From: Candidatus Binatia bacterium
Lineage (GTDB): Bacteria; Desulfobacterota; Binatia; UBA12015
Assembly: GCA_965658895.1 (NCBI GenBank)
Contig: CBFHUR010000011.1
Location: forward strand, 9,275 to 73,274
Direction of reading: 5' to 3'
DNA: 64,000 bases
Shown: positions 47,604 to 57,706 of the stretch, piece by piece
Numbering within the stretch: the stretch's first letter is position 1
Layout: every line of letters begins with the position of its first letter
Translations under genes and position numbers: made by a program
The notes under the pieces: model-generated
Databases searched by the model: none
The model's input: only the letters and a program-made list of their open reading frames with translations
Told to the model about the DNA's origin: nothing

Positions 47604-49970
47604 CTACTGATACATCTCCAACAATTCGATCAGTCCCTGCTCACGCAGCGAATCAAACACCACGCGCTTGATGTCCCGAGAGGTCCGGAGCGAGAGGACC
47701 TCTTCAGCAAGTGCGGTCGCCGACTCTTGAGAGACCGATCGAATCAACTTCTTGATCACCGGAATAAAGAACGGCTCCATGCTGAGTTCATCAATCCCCA
47801 TACCCAGCAGCGGCAAGGTACACATCGGGTCTGCGGCCATCTCCCCACACATGGACACGGGGATCCCGGCAGCCCGGGCCGACTCCACGACAAAACTCAC
47901 GGTGCCGAGAACCGCGGGATGCAACGGCTGGTACAAGGGCGCGACCTTCCGGTTGTTGCGGTCAACAGCCAGCAGGTACTGGATCAGATCATTGGTACCA
48001 ATGGACAGGAAGTCGGCGTATTTCACCAATTGCGGCGCCAGGTAGACGGCAGACGGCACCTCAACCATGATCCCCAGCGGGAGATCCGGCACGCTGGGAA
48101 CACCTTCGCGCAGGAGATCCGCACGCGTATTCTCGATGATTTCGCGAGCCTGCAGGACTTCGTCGACAGACGAAATCATCGGGAGCAGAATGCGCGTGGG
48201 CCCCTCGAGTCCCGCCCGCATGATCGCGCGCAATTGCTGCCCGAAAAACTCCGGCATTTCGAGAGAAACCCGAATCGATCGCCAGCCCAGAAATGGGTTC
48301 TCTTCCTGCGGCGTATGCAGGAACGCGGGGTATTTATCGGCACCGATATCAAGGGTCCGCACGGTTACCGATCGGCCCTCCATTCCGCGGATCACCTTGC
48401 AGTAAATATCGTATTGTTCCTGTTCGGTCGGAAAATCGCGGAACGAAATAAAAGGAAATTCCGTACGATACAGCCCCACGCCCTCGGCCCCGTGCCGATT
48501 GGCGAGCACCACGTCACCGACCAGGCCCACGTTCGCATTGAGAGTAACGGTCCGTCCGTCCGTGGTCGTCGCAGGTAGATCGTGCAAGGCCCCGAGATTT
48601 TCATTGAACGCCTTGTAGTCGCGATCCATTCGCTCGTATTCCCGAACGACGTCCGGGCCCGGCAGACGGTAGACGACGCCCGCATTCCCGTCGACAATGA
48701 CGTGATCCCCCTCCGACACCCCGTCGAGAACCTGCTCCATACCCACGACTGTCGGGATCTCCAGCGACTTCGCCAGAATTGTGGCGTGCGAGGTCTCTCC
48801 CCCGGTGGCCAAGGCGATCCCGCGGACTTCCAGAAGGTCGATCTCGGAGAGATCGGTGAGGGTGAGTTCGCGCGCCACGAGCACGCTGCCCTTGCCCGGA
48901 ACCCGCAGACTGGCATCGATTCCGAGCAGAATTCGGAGCAGTCGTTGCCCCACGTCGCGGATATCCAGTGCTCTTTCTCGAAGATACGGGTCATCAACCT
49001 GATCAAAGACCTCGAGGAACTCCTCGATCGCCAGACGGATCGAGTATTCAGCCGAGGATCCCTCGGCGACAAACTCCCGCACCCGACTGGCGAGAGTATC
49101 GTCCTGCAACATCAGGAGATACGCCTCGAAGATCTTGCCCGTAGCCTCGGGGAGGATCTCCTCCATTTTCTCACGCTGAATCTGTACGTCTTCGATGGCC
49201 TGACTTACAGCCGACTCGAAGCGCTGCAGCTCTTCATCCGTACCCTCCACGGGCTCATCGGTAATCTCGGAGAGCACAACTTCCGGATGCAGAATATGAG
49301 CATTCCCGATCCCGAAACCCGGAGCGGCTCCGATCCCGCGCAATCGCTCGCCCGGGTCGCGATTCTCGGCGCGCTGCAATGCCGAGGTTTCGCCTTGACG
49401 CTCCACAGCTTGCAGTCGGCGCAGTGCATCGACCATACGCCGCCGCGAGTCGGCTTGTTCGCGCTCCTTGAGCTTCAGACTGTCGAGCAACCGCGCCTTG
49501 ACCAGCACCGAAGCAATCTGTCCGGCAATGGTACGCAAAAGGCTGACTTCATCCGGCGTGAACGAACGACGACGCAGGGTCTGGACCACCAGGACCCCCA
49601 GCGGCGCATGACGCTCGAGGACGGGAACACCGAGAAAGGAATGGTAGCGCTCCTCACCCAGCTCCGGGAAAAATTTGAAGCGCGGGTGTATTGGCGCGTC
49701 TTCGGCGACCACTTTCTGCATGGTCTCGATCACCAAGCCGGTCAAGCCTTCATCGGTTCTCATCTCGACCTTGCCGATGGCATCGCGATCCAGGCCGGTT
49801 GTTGCCCAGAGCTTCAGTTCCTCCTGCTGATCGTTAAGCAGGTACAAAGAGCAGACCTCGGTCCGCATCCGATCAGCAACAACCCCGACCACACTCTCCA
49901 GAGTCTCCTTGAGATCCTCGGACTCGAGGATCAGCGCACCCACCCGTTCCAGAAGACGCAACTCGCGCAT
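47604..49970 (-). CDS. ptsP: GAF-containing PEP-protein phosphotransferase (Enzyme I-Ntr)
   Basis: N-terminal GAF domain; GGETSHATILAK, GVGLYRTEF, EENPFLGWRSIR, SIGTNDLIQY, SMCGEMAAD. Start ATG 49970 with GGAG SD. Confidence 0.95.
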   Translation of the reverse strand: MRELRLLERVGALILESEDLKETLESVVGVVADRMRTEVCSLYLLNDQQEELKLWATTGLDRDAIGKVEMRTDEGLTGLVIETMQKVVAEDAPIHPRFKFFPELGEERYHSFLGVPVLERHAPLGVLVVQTLRRRSFTPDEVSLLRTIAGQIASVLVKARLLDSLKLKEREQADSRRRMVDALRRLQAVERQGETSALQRAENRDPGERLRGIGAAPGFGIGNAHILHPEVVLSEITDEPVEGTDEELQRFESAVSQAIEDVQIQREKMEEILPEATGKIFEAYLLMLQDDTLASRVREFVAEGSSAEYSIRLAIEEFLEVFDQVDDPYLRERALDIRDVGQRLLRILLGIDASLRVPGKGSVLVARELTLTDLSEIDLLEVRGIALATGGETSHATILAKSLEIPTVVGMEQVLDGVSEGDHVIVDGNAGVVYRLPGPDVVREYERMDRDYKAFNENLGALHDLPATTTDGRTVTLNANVGLVGDVVLANRHGAEGVGLYRTEFPFISFRDFPTEQEQYDIYCKVIRGMEGRSVTVRTLDIGADKYPAFLHTPQEENPFLGWRSIRVSLEMPEFFGQQLRAIMRAGLEGPTRILLPMISSVDEVLQAREIIENTRADLLREGVPSVPDLPLGIMVEVPSAVYLAPQLVKYADFLSIGTNDLIQYLLAVDRNNRKVAPLYQPLHPAVLGTVSFVVESARAAGIPVSMCGEMAADPMCTLPLLGMGIDELSMEPFFIPVIKKLIRSVSQESATALAEEVLSLRTSRDIKRVVFDSLREQGLIELLEMYQ

Positions 49971-50121
49971 CGAACCGTCTCCGGGGCGCGCCTTGGATCC
50001 GCTCCGGCCGCCACCTGTTCGCTTGGAATCAACCACACCATCACCATAGCATGCAGACCGCCATTTGTGATCAATCCCGAAATCATGGTGCCGCTTTCCG
50101 ATTTCGGCTAAAAAAGATCCC

Positions 50122-52425
50122 GTGGGGCGGAGGAAGAAAGCGGCAGTAGCACAATCGAGGGACCCATTTCGCGCCTTGTTCACGGGGATGATCAGCGTTC
50201 TGGCGGTGGTCCTTCTCGCATCGGTGATTTTTGTCTACCGCGAGTTTTCGACCGGGCTGCCCCCGGTCGAAAAACTTCTCGACTACAACCCCCCGGTGGC
50301 CACCCGTGTTCTGGCGGCTGACGGGACCACCATCGGCGAGTTTTTCATAGAAAAACGCTACCTGACCCCGATCTACAAGATTCCGAAGTCCGTGCAGCTC
50401 GCTTTCCTCGCGGCAGAGGATGCCACCTTCTACAGTCACTTCGGGCTCGATCCGGTAGGTATCCTGCGCGCGCTCGTCGAAAACCTGCGCGCACAGAAAA
50501 CCACCCAGGGTGGGAGCACCATTACCCAACAGGTGGTGAAACAACTTCTGCTCACGCCCGAGCGAAGCTACGAGCGGAAAATCCGCGAGGCGGTCCTCGC
50601 CCTGCGGCTTGAGACCGAGCTGACAAAATCCCAGATTCTTTCGCTCTACCTCAACCAGATCTACCTGGGCTCCGGCGCCTACGGCGTCCAGGCAGCCGCC
50701 CGGGAATATTTCAACAAGGACGTCGGCGACCTCTCGCTTGCGCAAGCAGCATTGCTCGCAGGTCTGCCCCAGGCGCCCAGCCGCTACTCGCCCGTGCGCA
50801 ACCTGCCGCAGGCGCGTGCCCGCCAGGCCTATGTCCTGCGCCGGATGGTCGAGGAAGGGTTCATCTCGCAGGCCCGGGCCGATCAGGCCCGGGAGGCCAG
50901 CCTGGAACTGCAGGAGGGCCAGGAGAGCATCGCGCCACAAGGTCCGGCCCCCTGGTACGTCGAACATGTGCGCCGACTCCTGCTGGCCCGCTACGGCACC
51001 AGCGGAACCTATCGGCTCGGATTAACCGTCCAGACGCCTCTCGATCTGGGGCTACAACGCGAGGCCCAACGTGCCCTGGCCCGCGGCATCAACGCTGCAG
51101 ATCTGCGCCAGGGGTATCGTGGACCGCTTCGCAAACTCTCCCGCAAGCAATGGGCTGAATTACTCCCCGAACCCGGGACACGCAGAAGCTCCGAGCCCCT
51201 GCCTCCGCCCGAGTCCCGCGTGGAAGCGGTGGTCATCACCGGCCCCGGGCGACGCGATCGGCCTCGCGGCGGGGGTCATTATATCCGTTGGGCGGGCGGA
51301 TACTCCATCGTGCCGCCTCGAGGACTCGAGTGGGCACGACGATCCGGGCGCAAGCCCGAGCTAGGCGATGTCCTCGAGCTACGGGTCGTTCGCGGGGACG
51401 ACGGCGAGAGCTTTTTCGCCATTGCACCGGAAAATGGAACGCAAGGAGCGATGGTGGCGATATCACCGCAAACCGGCGACGTATTGGCGCTCGTCGGCGG
51501 CAACGATAATGGCGACAGCGAATTCGACCGCGCCCTGCAAGCTCACCGCCAACCCGGGTCGGCTTTCAAGCCATTGATCTTCGCGGCAGCTCTCGACCGC
51601 GGCTATACACCCGCAACACTTCTGGACGACGCTCCGGTGACGTTTCCGGACCAACCGGGCAAGCCCTGGTCCCCGAAAAATTTCACCAAACGCTATTACG
51701 GCCCCACCACGGTCCGCGAAGCATTGACCAAATCCCGCAACGTACCGACCGTAAAACTGGTCGATGCCATCGGCCTGCCCTACCTTCTGGACTACTTGCC
51801 TCGATTCGGATTCCGCAAGCGCTTCGCGCCCAACCTCTCCCTCTCGCTTGGCACGGGCGAGACAACCTTGCTGGAACTTGTCCGCGCCTATAGCGTTTTC
51901 AGTTCTGCGGGCCGCCTCCATGAGCCTCGGTTCATCACCCGAATCACCGACCAGCACGGTAATATCCTGGAGGAGCGACCACCCCGATCCGAGCAGGTTC
52001 TGACGCCGACAACCGCCTACCAGATGACGACGATGCTGCAGGGCGTGGTCAATCGGGGCACAGGCCGACGTGCGCGCTTGAACCGTCCCGCGGCTGGAAA
52101 GACCGGCACCACCAACGATCAACGCGATGCCTGGTTTGTCGGCTTCACGCCCGAGATCGCCGCTGGGGTCTGGGTGGGCTATGACCGCGGCAAGACGCTG
52201 GGCGACAAGGAAACCGGCGGGCGTGTCGCGGCACCGATCTGGAAGGGATTCATGCAGGCGGCGCTGGCCGATACCCCGGTAAGCGATTTTCCGGTACCGG
52301 AGGACGTCATTCTGGTACCTGTCAATGCCCACACCGGGCTTCGAGCCCGACTTGGCGAGCAGGGCTCCGTTCTCGAGGCCTTCCGCCGGGGCACCGAACC
52401 CGGCCGTGCGGAGTGGTCCTCGTGA
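50122..52425 (+). CDS. mrcA: Class A penicillin-binding protein (PBP1A)
   Basis: AAEDATF, GGSTITQQ, RKIRE, YLNQIY; QPGSAFKP, SRN, KTGTT. Confidence 0.93.
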   Translation: MGRRKKAAVAQSRDPFRALFTGMISVLAVVLLASVIFVYREFSTGLPPVEKLLDYNPPVATRVLAADGTTIGEFFIEKRYLTPIYKIPKSVQLAFLAAEDATFYSHFGLDPVGILRALVENLRAQKTTQGGSTITQQVVKQLLLTPERSYERKIREAVLALRLETELTKSQILSLYLNQIYLGSGAYGVQAAAREYFNKDVGDLSLAQAALLAGLPQAPSRYSPVRNLPQARARQAYVLRRMVEEGFISQARADQAREASLELQEGQESIAPQGPAPWYVEHVRRLLLARYGTSGTYRLGLTVQTPLDLGLQREAQRALARGINAADLRQGYRGPLRKLSRKQWAELLPEPGTRRSSEPLPPPESRVEAVVITGPGRRDRPRGGGHYIRWAGGYSIVPPRGLEWARRSGRKPELGDVLELRVVRGDDGESFFAIAPENGTQGAMVAISPQTGDVLALVGGNDNGDSEFDRALQAHRQPGSAFKPLIFAAALDRGYTPATLLDDAPVTFPDQPGKPWSPKNFTKRYYGPTTVREALTKSRNVPTVKLVDAIGLPYLLDYLPRFGFRKRFAPNLSLSLGTGETTLLELVRAYSVFSSAGRLHEPRFITRITDQHGNILEERPPRSEQVLTPTTAYQMTTMLQGVVNRGTGRRARLNRPAAGKTGTTNDQRDAWFVGFTPEIAAGVWVGYDRGKTLGDKETGGRVAAPIWKGFMQAALADTPVSDFPVPEDVILVPVNAHTGLRARLGEQGSVLEAFRRGTEPGRAEWSS

Positions 52426-53462
52426 GCCTCGTTCCGACCGCAGTGCTGAGCGACTCGCGGTTTCGCCACCACCGACCGGGTGGCGCTCATCCCGAAAGCC
52501 CGGAACGCTCCGCCGTGATCGAAGCAGCCGTGCGCGAATGGAGCGGTCCCGCCCTCCAGCAAATCGCGCCACGGATCGCGACGCCCCGGGAAATCCTGCG
52601 CGCACACGACGCGCAGCACCTTGCACAGATCGAAGCCACAAGGCTCCAGGCGGTGACCAGACTCGATGCCGACACCGTCGCAAGCGAGAGTTCCTACCAG
52701 ACGGCTCTCGAGGCCGTCGGGGGCCTGATCGAGGTCGTTGATGCAGTTGACAATGGCGCTGCCCGCAACGGGTTCGCTTTCGTTCGCCCTCCCGGGCACC
52801 ATGCGAACCGCTCGTTGTCTCAGGGGTTTTGCCTCTTCAACAATGTCGCGATCGCAGCCCTTCACCTGCGTCGGAAATATGACCGAATCGCGATCATCGA
52901 CTTCGATGTCCATCATGGAAACGGCACCGAAGAGATCTTCTATGACGACCCGCACGTGCTCTACGCCTCCGTCCATGAATCTCCCTGGTATCCCGGCACC
53001 GGCGCGGCAAACGACATCGGGCACGGGAAAGGCCGGGGCTATAACATCAATCTACCGCTAGTGGCCGGCGCCGGAGACGCCGAGGCCGCGCTGCTCTTCA
53101 ACGACCTCCTGCTGCCCGCACTTCGGGCCTTTTCGCCGGAATTCGTCCTGGTCTCCGCAGGTTTCGATGGGCACCAGCGGGATCCGCTCGCCAATCTGCA
53201 GTTTACCGAGACCGGGTACATGAACCTGATGAGCCAGCTGCAATTAGTGGCGCAAGACACCGCAGATGGCAGGATTGCCGCCGTCCTCGAGGGCGGATAT
53301 GACCTGCCGGCGCTGCGCTCGTCGGCCGAAGCGTGCCTGACGGCATTTACTTCCACAATTGCAGCCAAACCGTGGCAGGCGCCGGCGCAGGAGGTCACCG
53401 GCCCTCTCCGCGCCCTGCATCGGAATGCCGGGCCATTGGCTTCGGCAAAACCCGCGGAATGA
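52422..53462 (+). CDS. Histone deacetylase-family (AcuC/APAH-like) amidohydrolase
   Basis: RPPGHHA, GFCLFNN, DFDVHHGNGT, SAGFDGH, LEGGY; GTGA overlap with mrcA. Confidence 0.93.
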   Translation: MSLVPTAVLSDSRFRHHRPGGAHPESPERSAVIEAAVREWSGPALQQIAPRIATPREILRAHDAQHLAQIEATRLQAVTRLDADTVASESSYQTALEAVGGLIEVVDAVDNGAARNGFAFVRPPGHHANRSLSQGFCLFNNVAIAALHLRRKYDRIAIIDFDVHHGNGTEEIFYDDPHVLYASVHESPWYPGTGAANDIGHGKGRGYNINLPLVAGAGDAEAALLFNDLLLPALRAFSPEFVLVSAGFDGHQRDPLANLQFTETGYMNLMSQLQLVAQDTADGRIAAVLEGGYDLPALRSSAEACLTAFTSTIAAKPWQAPAQEVTGPLRALHRNAGPLASAKPAE

Positions 53463-53467
53463 GAAAA

Positions 53468-53496
53468 TTGAATCCATGAGACCTGTCGGGTAGCGT
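53468..53496 (+). promoter_or_regulatory. Putative sigma70 promoter of tatBC (leaderless geometry)
   Basis: TTGAAT-17nt-TAGCGT-6nt-ATG(53503); no SD. Confidence 0.6.
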
Positions 53497-53502
53497 AGGG
53501 CC

Positions 53503-53922
53503 ATGTTTGGAATCGGGATGCCCGAGCTCGCCGTCATCATCGTGGTGGCGCTCGTTGTGCTCGGCCCCAAGCGACTCCCGGAGGTCGCCAGATCTCTCGG
53601 GAAAGGCCTGGCGGAGTTTCGCCGCCTCACAGGCGACGTCAACAAGGAACTGGATGCCGCGCGTCACATGATCGAAAGTGAAGCCCGCGAGCATGAAAAC
53701 GAACGGCGACGAGCGGACCGCGAAGCCCGCTCCAGCACACCTGAGATCCAGCCCACTGAGATCCAGCCCACTGACGATGCCGACGTGCCGGCGCCCAACC
53801 CCGAGCCCACGGTGGCCGATGCAGACCAGTCCCGCCAGGTCGAAAGCCCGGTCTCGGCAAAGACCGGCTCAACCCCCGGGAATCCACCCTCGACTCCCAC
53901 CGACAAGGAAACCGAAGGCTAG
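53503..53922 (+). CDS. tatB: Twin-arginine translocase TatB (TatA/B family)
   Basis: MFGIGMPEL...LVVLGPKRLPE; long disordered tail; directly upstream of tatC. Confidence 0.85.
   Translation: MFGIGMPELAVIIVVALVVLGPKRLPEVARSLGKGLAEFRRLTGDVNKELDAARHMIESEAREHENERRRADREARSSTPEIQPTEIQPTDDADVPAPNPEPTVADADQSRQVESPVSAKTGSTPGNPPSTPTDKETEG
53741..53774 (+). repeat. 15-bp tandem duplication in the tatB tail (EIQPT x2)
   Basis: CTGAGATCCAGCCCA twice, plus CTGA. Confidence 0.8.
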
Positions 53923-53945
53923 CCCGCCTCGAACAGGACTACTCC

Positions 53946-54716
53946 ATGTCGGAAATGGAAATGCCGCTCACCGATCACCTCGAGGAGCTTCGCTGGCGGG
54001 TCGCGAAGGCGATTCTCGCCGTGCTCGTCGGCTTTGGTGTTGCCTACCTCTACTCGGACCGCATCTTCGGCATCCTGACCGCGCCGATCGAGTCCGTGGG
54101 TGCCGACAGCGGACTCTCGATGATCGGAACGGGTGTGGCGGAAGCCTTCTTCACCAAACTGAAGGTTTCGTTCATTTCGGGAGTCTTTCTCGCCTCACCG
54201 ATCCTGTTCTACCAAGCCTGGCAATTCGTGTCTCCGGGCCTCCACGGGCACGAAAAGATTTATGTCGTTCCGTTTGTGGTCTTCGCGACCTTCTTCTTTT
54301 TTGCGGGCGCCATCTTTTGCTACTTCACGGTCTTCTACGTGGGCTACGCCTTTTTCATGCAGCAATACGATACGATCGGCATCGAGCCCGCCCTGCGAAT
54401 CAGCGAATACCTTTCCTTCAGCTCTCGCCTCCTGCTCGCATTTGGAATCACATTCGAACTACCCGTGATCGCCTTTTTCCTGGCGCGCGTCGGCGTGATC
54501 GATCACCAGACCCTGATCCGCCCCTGGCGGTATGCGATCATCGGCATCATCATTCTTGCAGCAATCCTGACTCCGGGACCCGACGTTGCCTCGCAAATGC
54601 TTCTCGCCGCGCCGCTGATGGTTCTCTATTGTGTCAGCATCGGAGTCGCATGGGCCTTTCATCGCAAGGGCGAGGACGTGACGGACATCGAAGACAGCGG
54701 CGACGAGGGGAACTAG
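53946..54716 (+). CDS. tatC: Twin-arginine translocase TatC
   Basis: MPLTDHLEELRWR, EAFFTKLK, WQFVSPGL, FELP, LTPGPD. Confidence 0.97.
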   Translation: MSEMEMPLTDHLEELRWRVAKAILAVLVGFGVAYLYSDRIFGILTAPIESVGADSGLSMIGTGVAEAFFTKLKVSFISGVFLASPILFYQAWQFVSPGLHGHEKIYVVPFVVFATFFFFAGAIFCYFTVFYVGYAFFMQQYDTIGIEPALRISEYLSFSSRLLLAFGITFELPVIAFFLARVGVIDHQTLIRPWRYAIIGIIILAAILTPGPDVASQMLLAAPLMVLYCVSIGVAWAFHRKGEDVTDIEDSGDEGN

Positions 54717-55030
54717 TCCCACTCCGTGCAAAACCAGCTCTCATGACAAATGGCTGGCAGCTCCCGCGGAACCAGACGATAACCGGCCCGACCACGAAGC
54801 GACAAAAGCAGCTCCTCGAGAGGCGCGCGCGACGAGGCGGGCCCCATCACCGCGACAACCGCATCGGATTCGCCCTCGGAAGCGACCATACGCGTGAAGC
54901 CCAGGCCCTCGTAGGACTCGACGACATGTTTCAGAAACGCGATCTCCGAACGCCGAATCAGGACCCCGGTACCCCAGAGCCCGGCCTGCTCGAGGCAAGC
55001 CCACGGGAAAGACTCCAAATCCTCGCTCAA
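54713..55030 (-). CDS. DUF4911-family protein
   Basis: IRRSEIAFLKHVVESYEGLGFTR signature; TTG start overlapping the asmA stop. Confidence 0.8.
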   Translation of the reverse strand: MSEDLESFPWACLEQAGLWGTGVLIRRSEIAFLKHVVESYEGLGFTRMVASEGESDAVVAVMGPASSRAPLEELLLSLRGRAGYRLVPRELPAICHESWFCTEWD

Positions 55031-57210
55031 GGCGCCAACGCCTCACGGAGTTGTTGACCGATATTCTCTCCAAGGGAGCGTCCTCCCCGCCGGGCGCGCC
55101 TTGAAAGCTCGCCGAGAAAAGACGGCTCGGGGAGAACGGTCAGATCGGGGTAGACGCCCTCGACCGTGATGGGAAAGACGATCGGCCCTGTCTTCCCCAA
55201 AACCGCGCCAAATCTGGGGTCGCCCTTGCGCAACTCATCAGCGGTGCGCCCCCGCACCACAAGATCCCCGGTCAGATCGAGAGTTCCGGACGAAGCAAAC
55301 TCCCCGCTGCCCGAGAAATCATAGAGGGCCCCCGACAGATTCAGACGATCGAGACGATGCCGCCCCTCGCTCCACGGACCGTCAGCCACCAGGGTCAGTG
55401 AATCACTTCCCGAAACCTCCATCTGTCGGCCGGCGCGGGTCAATCGACGCTTCAGCCGCCCTCCCACCAGGGGGACCCGGCCCAGCGCGCCCCCCGCCAG
55501 CCGGAGCGGGTCCATCTCCACAAAGCGCGCCTGATCGATCCGCAAGGACAGCGGCCCGGTCAGATTCCCCAGCAATTCATCCATATCCGCACCGGAGCCG
55601 GCGAGCTGCGTCGACCCCGAGAGCGCACCCTGTAGCGAAAGATCGCGACCGAGCACCGCGGCCAAGTCGGGAATATCGAGATCCGACCAATCCAAATCCA
55701 GCGTCGCACGCCACCCCGGGTCCACCCTCTGCAGGGAAACGGAGCCCGAACCCTCTCCGCCGAAGCTGCGCAGGGCGACACGCCCCGTCAACTGGGAAGC
55801 GTCGGCCAGCTCCCCCTTCAACCAGAAGTCATCCATCCTTGCCGCGTCGCGCACCAGGCCCTGGCCGTGAAAATCCAGCAAGGGCACGACGCCCGATCGA
55901 GCCAGATAGCCTATAGCCAGATTATCCAACGCAAAGCTCTGTCCCTGAACCTCCTGCGCTCGGGCCACAAGCAGATAATCGCCATCGCCGCGCAAGCCCA
56001 ACGAGATGGAGAATTGGCCGACCGTCCACCTCTCCTCCTCTGGCAACAGGGTGAGTTCCTCTCCGCTGACCTCGACCCGGAGACGGCGCCCCTCGTCAAC
56101 TTCCTCGACCTTACCCTGCAGACGAAACTTGCCTCGCGGACGAATCCCGCTGAGTAAAGGCAAGACATTCTCCAACCCTCGACCGTTCAGATCAGAACCA
56201 TCGAGAACCAACCCGCCGGCGTTCGCTTCTCGTCGGGCTCGGATCTTCAATCCCGCGGTCTCGGTCTCGAATAGATCGAGCCGAAGAGCCTCGCCGATGC
56301 CCGAACCCTCCATATGGACCTGCGAGGCCAAACCGCGTGGCTTGAGCACCAGGCCCTCGCGTGTGCGCAGCTCGGCATCGGCAAGGTCCAGATCGGCCAC
56401 CAAACTCGATTCCCCGCCATCCGAGCCAGCTCCGACCATGGCCACCAGACGACCCGACAAGCGCCCGCCTAACTGAGTGCCAAATGGCATGTCGCTTCCG
56501 ATCAATTGCGCCAACTCACCGACCCGCGCCCCATCCAGGCTCTCGAGCGAACCTTCGATGCGCAGATACGCTTCGTCGCGAGCCGGAGTTTCCAGCCGCA
56601 TCTTCATGGAACCCGGAGGTGCGTCGGGCGGGCCCATCACCTCGGTTGCCCCCGAGACCTCGACCGACCATCCCTCATGCAATCCCTTGCGAACAGCCCT
56701 CAGCACCCCCTGTCGCACCTCGAATTCGGCCACTCCGGGACGTGTGCGATCCCGATACACAAGGCGCAACCCGGTTGCGGTCACCCGTTGTACGTCGAAC
56801 GCCTCCGGCGTTTCCAGATACTGCTCGCTGGCACCCAGATTCCAGCCCTCGGGGCCCAGGACGACCCGCAAGGTCGGCTTTTCGAGCACCACCTCTTCGA
56901 TCCGCACCTCGCCGCGGACCAGCGAAGCGATCCCCGCCTGCAGCCAGATCGCGTCGACATGAGCGAGTTCCCCGGAGCCATATTTGGACTGATCGGCCAG
57001 CTCGACGCCCCGAAGTACATAACCCGGCGGCCAAAACGCAACATCAAAGGAATCCGAGGTCAGACCTCGTCCCAAACCCACCGAAAACCCCCGCGCCAGC
57101 GTGCCGGGATCGGCCAGAAGCCTGTGGGCTCGCAATAGTACACCGCCCGCAACCACAAGCGGAGTCAAGACCAGCACGAACAGCAACCCGATCCATCGGG
57201 AGCGCCTCAA
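55027..57210 (-). CDS. AsmA-family protein (lipid-transfer-bridge-like)
   Basis: N-terminal TM, GEVRIEEVVLEKPTLRV motif, repeating beta-strand pattern, C-terminal AsmA-like region. Confidence 0.78.
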   Translation of the reverse strand: MRRSRWIGLLFVLVLTPLVVAGGVLLRAHRLLADPGTLARGFSVGLGRGLTSDSFDVAFWPPGYVLRGVELADQSKYGSGELAHVDAIWLQAGIASLVRGEVRIEEVVLEKPTLRVVLGPEGWNLGASEQYLETPEAFDVQRVTATGLRLVYRDRTRPGVAEFEVRQGVLRAVRKGLHEGWSVEVSGATEVMGPPDAPPGSMKMRLETPARDEAYLRIEGSLESLDGARVGELAQLIGSDMPFGTQLGGRLSGRLVAMVGAGSDGGESSLVADLDLADAELRTREGLVLKPRGLASQVHMEGSGIGEALRLDLFETETAGLKIRARREANAGGLVLDGSDLNGRGLENVLPLLSGIRPRGKFRLQGKVEEVDEGRRLRVEVSGEELTLLPEEERWTVGQFSISLGLRGDGDYLLVARAQEVQGQSFALDNLAIGYLARSGVVPLLDFHGQGLVRDAARMDDFWLKGELADASQLTGRVALRSFGGEGSGSVSLQRVDPGWRATLDLDWSDLDIPDLAAVLGRDLSLQGALSGSTQLAGSGADMDELLGNLTGPLSLRIDQARFVEMDPLRLAGGALGRVPLVGGRLKRRLTRAGRQMEVSGSDSLTLVADGPWSEGRHRLDRLNLSGALYDFSGSGEFASSGTLDLTGDLVVRGRTADELRKGDPRFGAVLGKTGPIVFPITVEGVYPDLTVLPEPSFLGELSRRARRGGRSLGENIGQQLREALAP

Positions 57211-57686
57211 CGAAGCTCCTCGAAGTTGGCGACTTTCCAGTCGTTGGCACCATCACCCTGCAAGGTCACCAGAGCCATCCGGACCACCTGCGCATCCGAG
57301 AACGAGATTGTGAGCTCGAAAAGGTAGCTTCGCTGCGAGGGCATCGATTCGGGACTTTTCTCGACCAGACGGTAATGGACGGATGGCTTGCCGGCCGAAG
57401 CTGGCGCGTCGATTCCAGCCAGCAGTTCCTCTTCACGCGTCAACTTCGCCAGCGCCAGACCGGTTGCGTAAGGCCGGGCAGCCTTCAGGTCGAGTTCGAC
57501 ATAATAACGATCGACAAACCGTCTGGCAGCGGCTTCGGCCGGATCCTGAGCCTCGCAGCCGGCACCAGCCAAGCCCACGATCGTCACCAACGCCACAACT
57601 GCATATCTCCCGGCGCGGGCCCTCCATCTCGAGGGACTCGTCGGCTCCAAGGCGGGTGGCACTGGCATCAGGGAAGATGCTATCAT
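57207..57686 (-). CDS. Hypothetical lipoprotein
   Basis: Hydrophobic stretch ending LAGAGC; AARRFVDRYY...WKVANF pattern. Start uncertain (57686 or 57668). Confidence 0.7.
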   Translation of the reverse strand: MIASSLMPVPPALEPTSPSRWRARAGRYAVVALVTIVGLAGAGCEAQDPAEAAARRFVDRYYVELDLKAARPYATGLALAKLTREEELLAGIDAPASAGKPSVHYRLVEKSPESMPSQRSYLFELTISFSDAQVVRMALVTLQGDGANDWKVANFEELR

Positions 57687-57706
57687 AGGGCGCCGGGGGC
57701 GTATAG

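Noticed and set aside
49971-50183. N-terminal extensions in the ORF track (ptsP; also mtnA, mcd, the cinA-like gene, dienelactone hydrolase, DUF35, MerR-TPR)
   Set aside because: They overlap neighbouring genes or lack family similarity; downstream starts with SD, coupling or family-typical length fit better.
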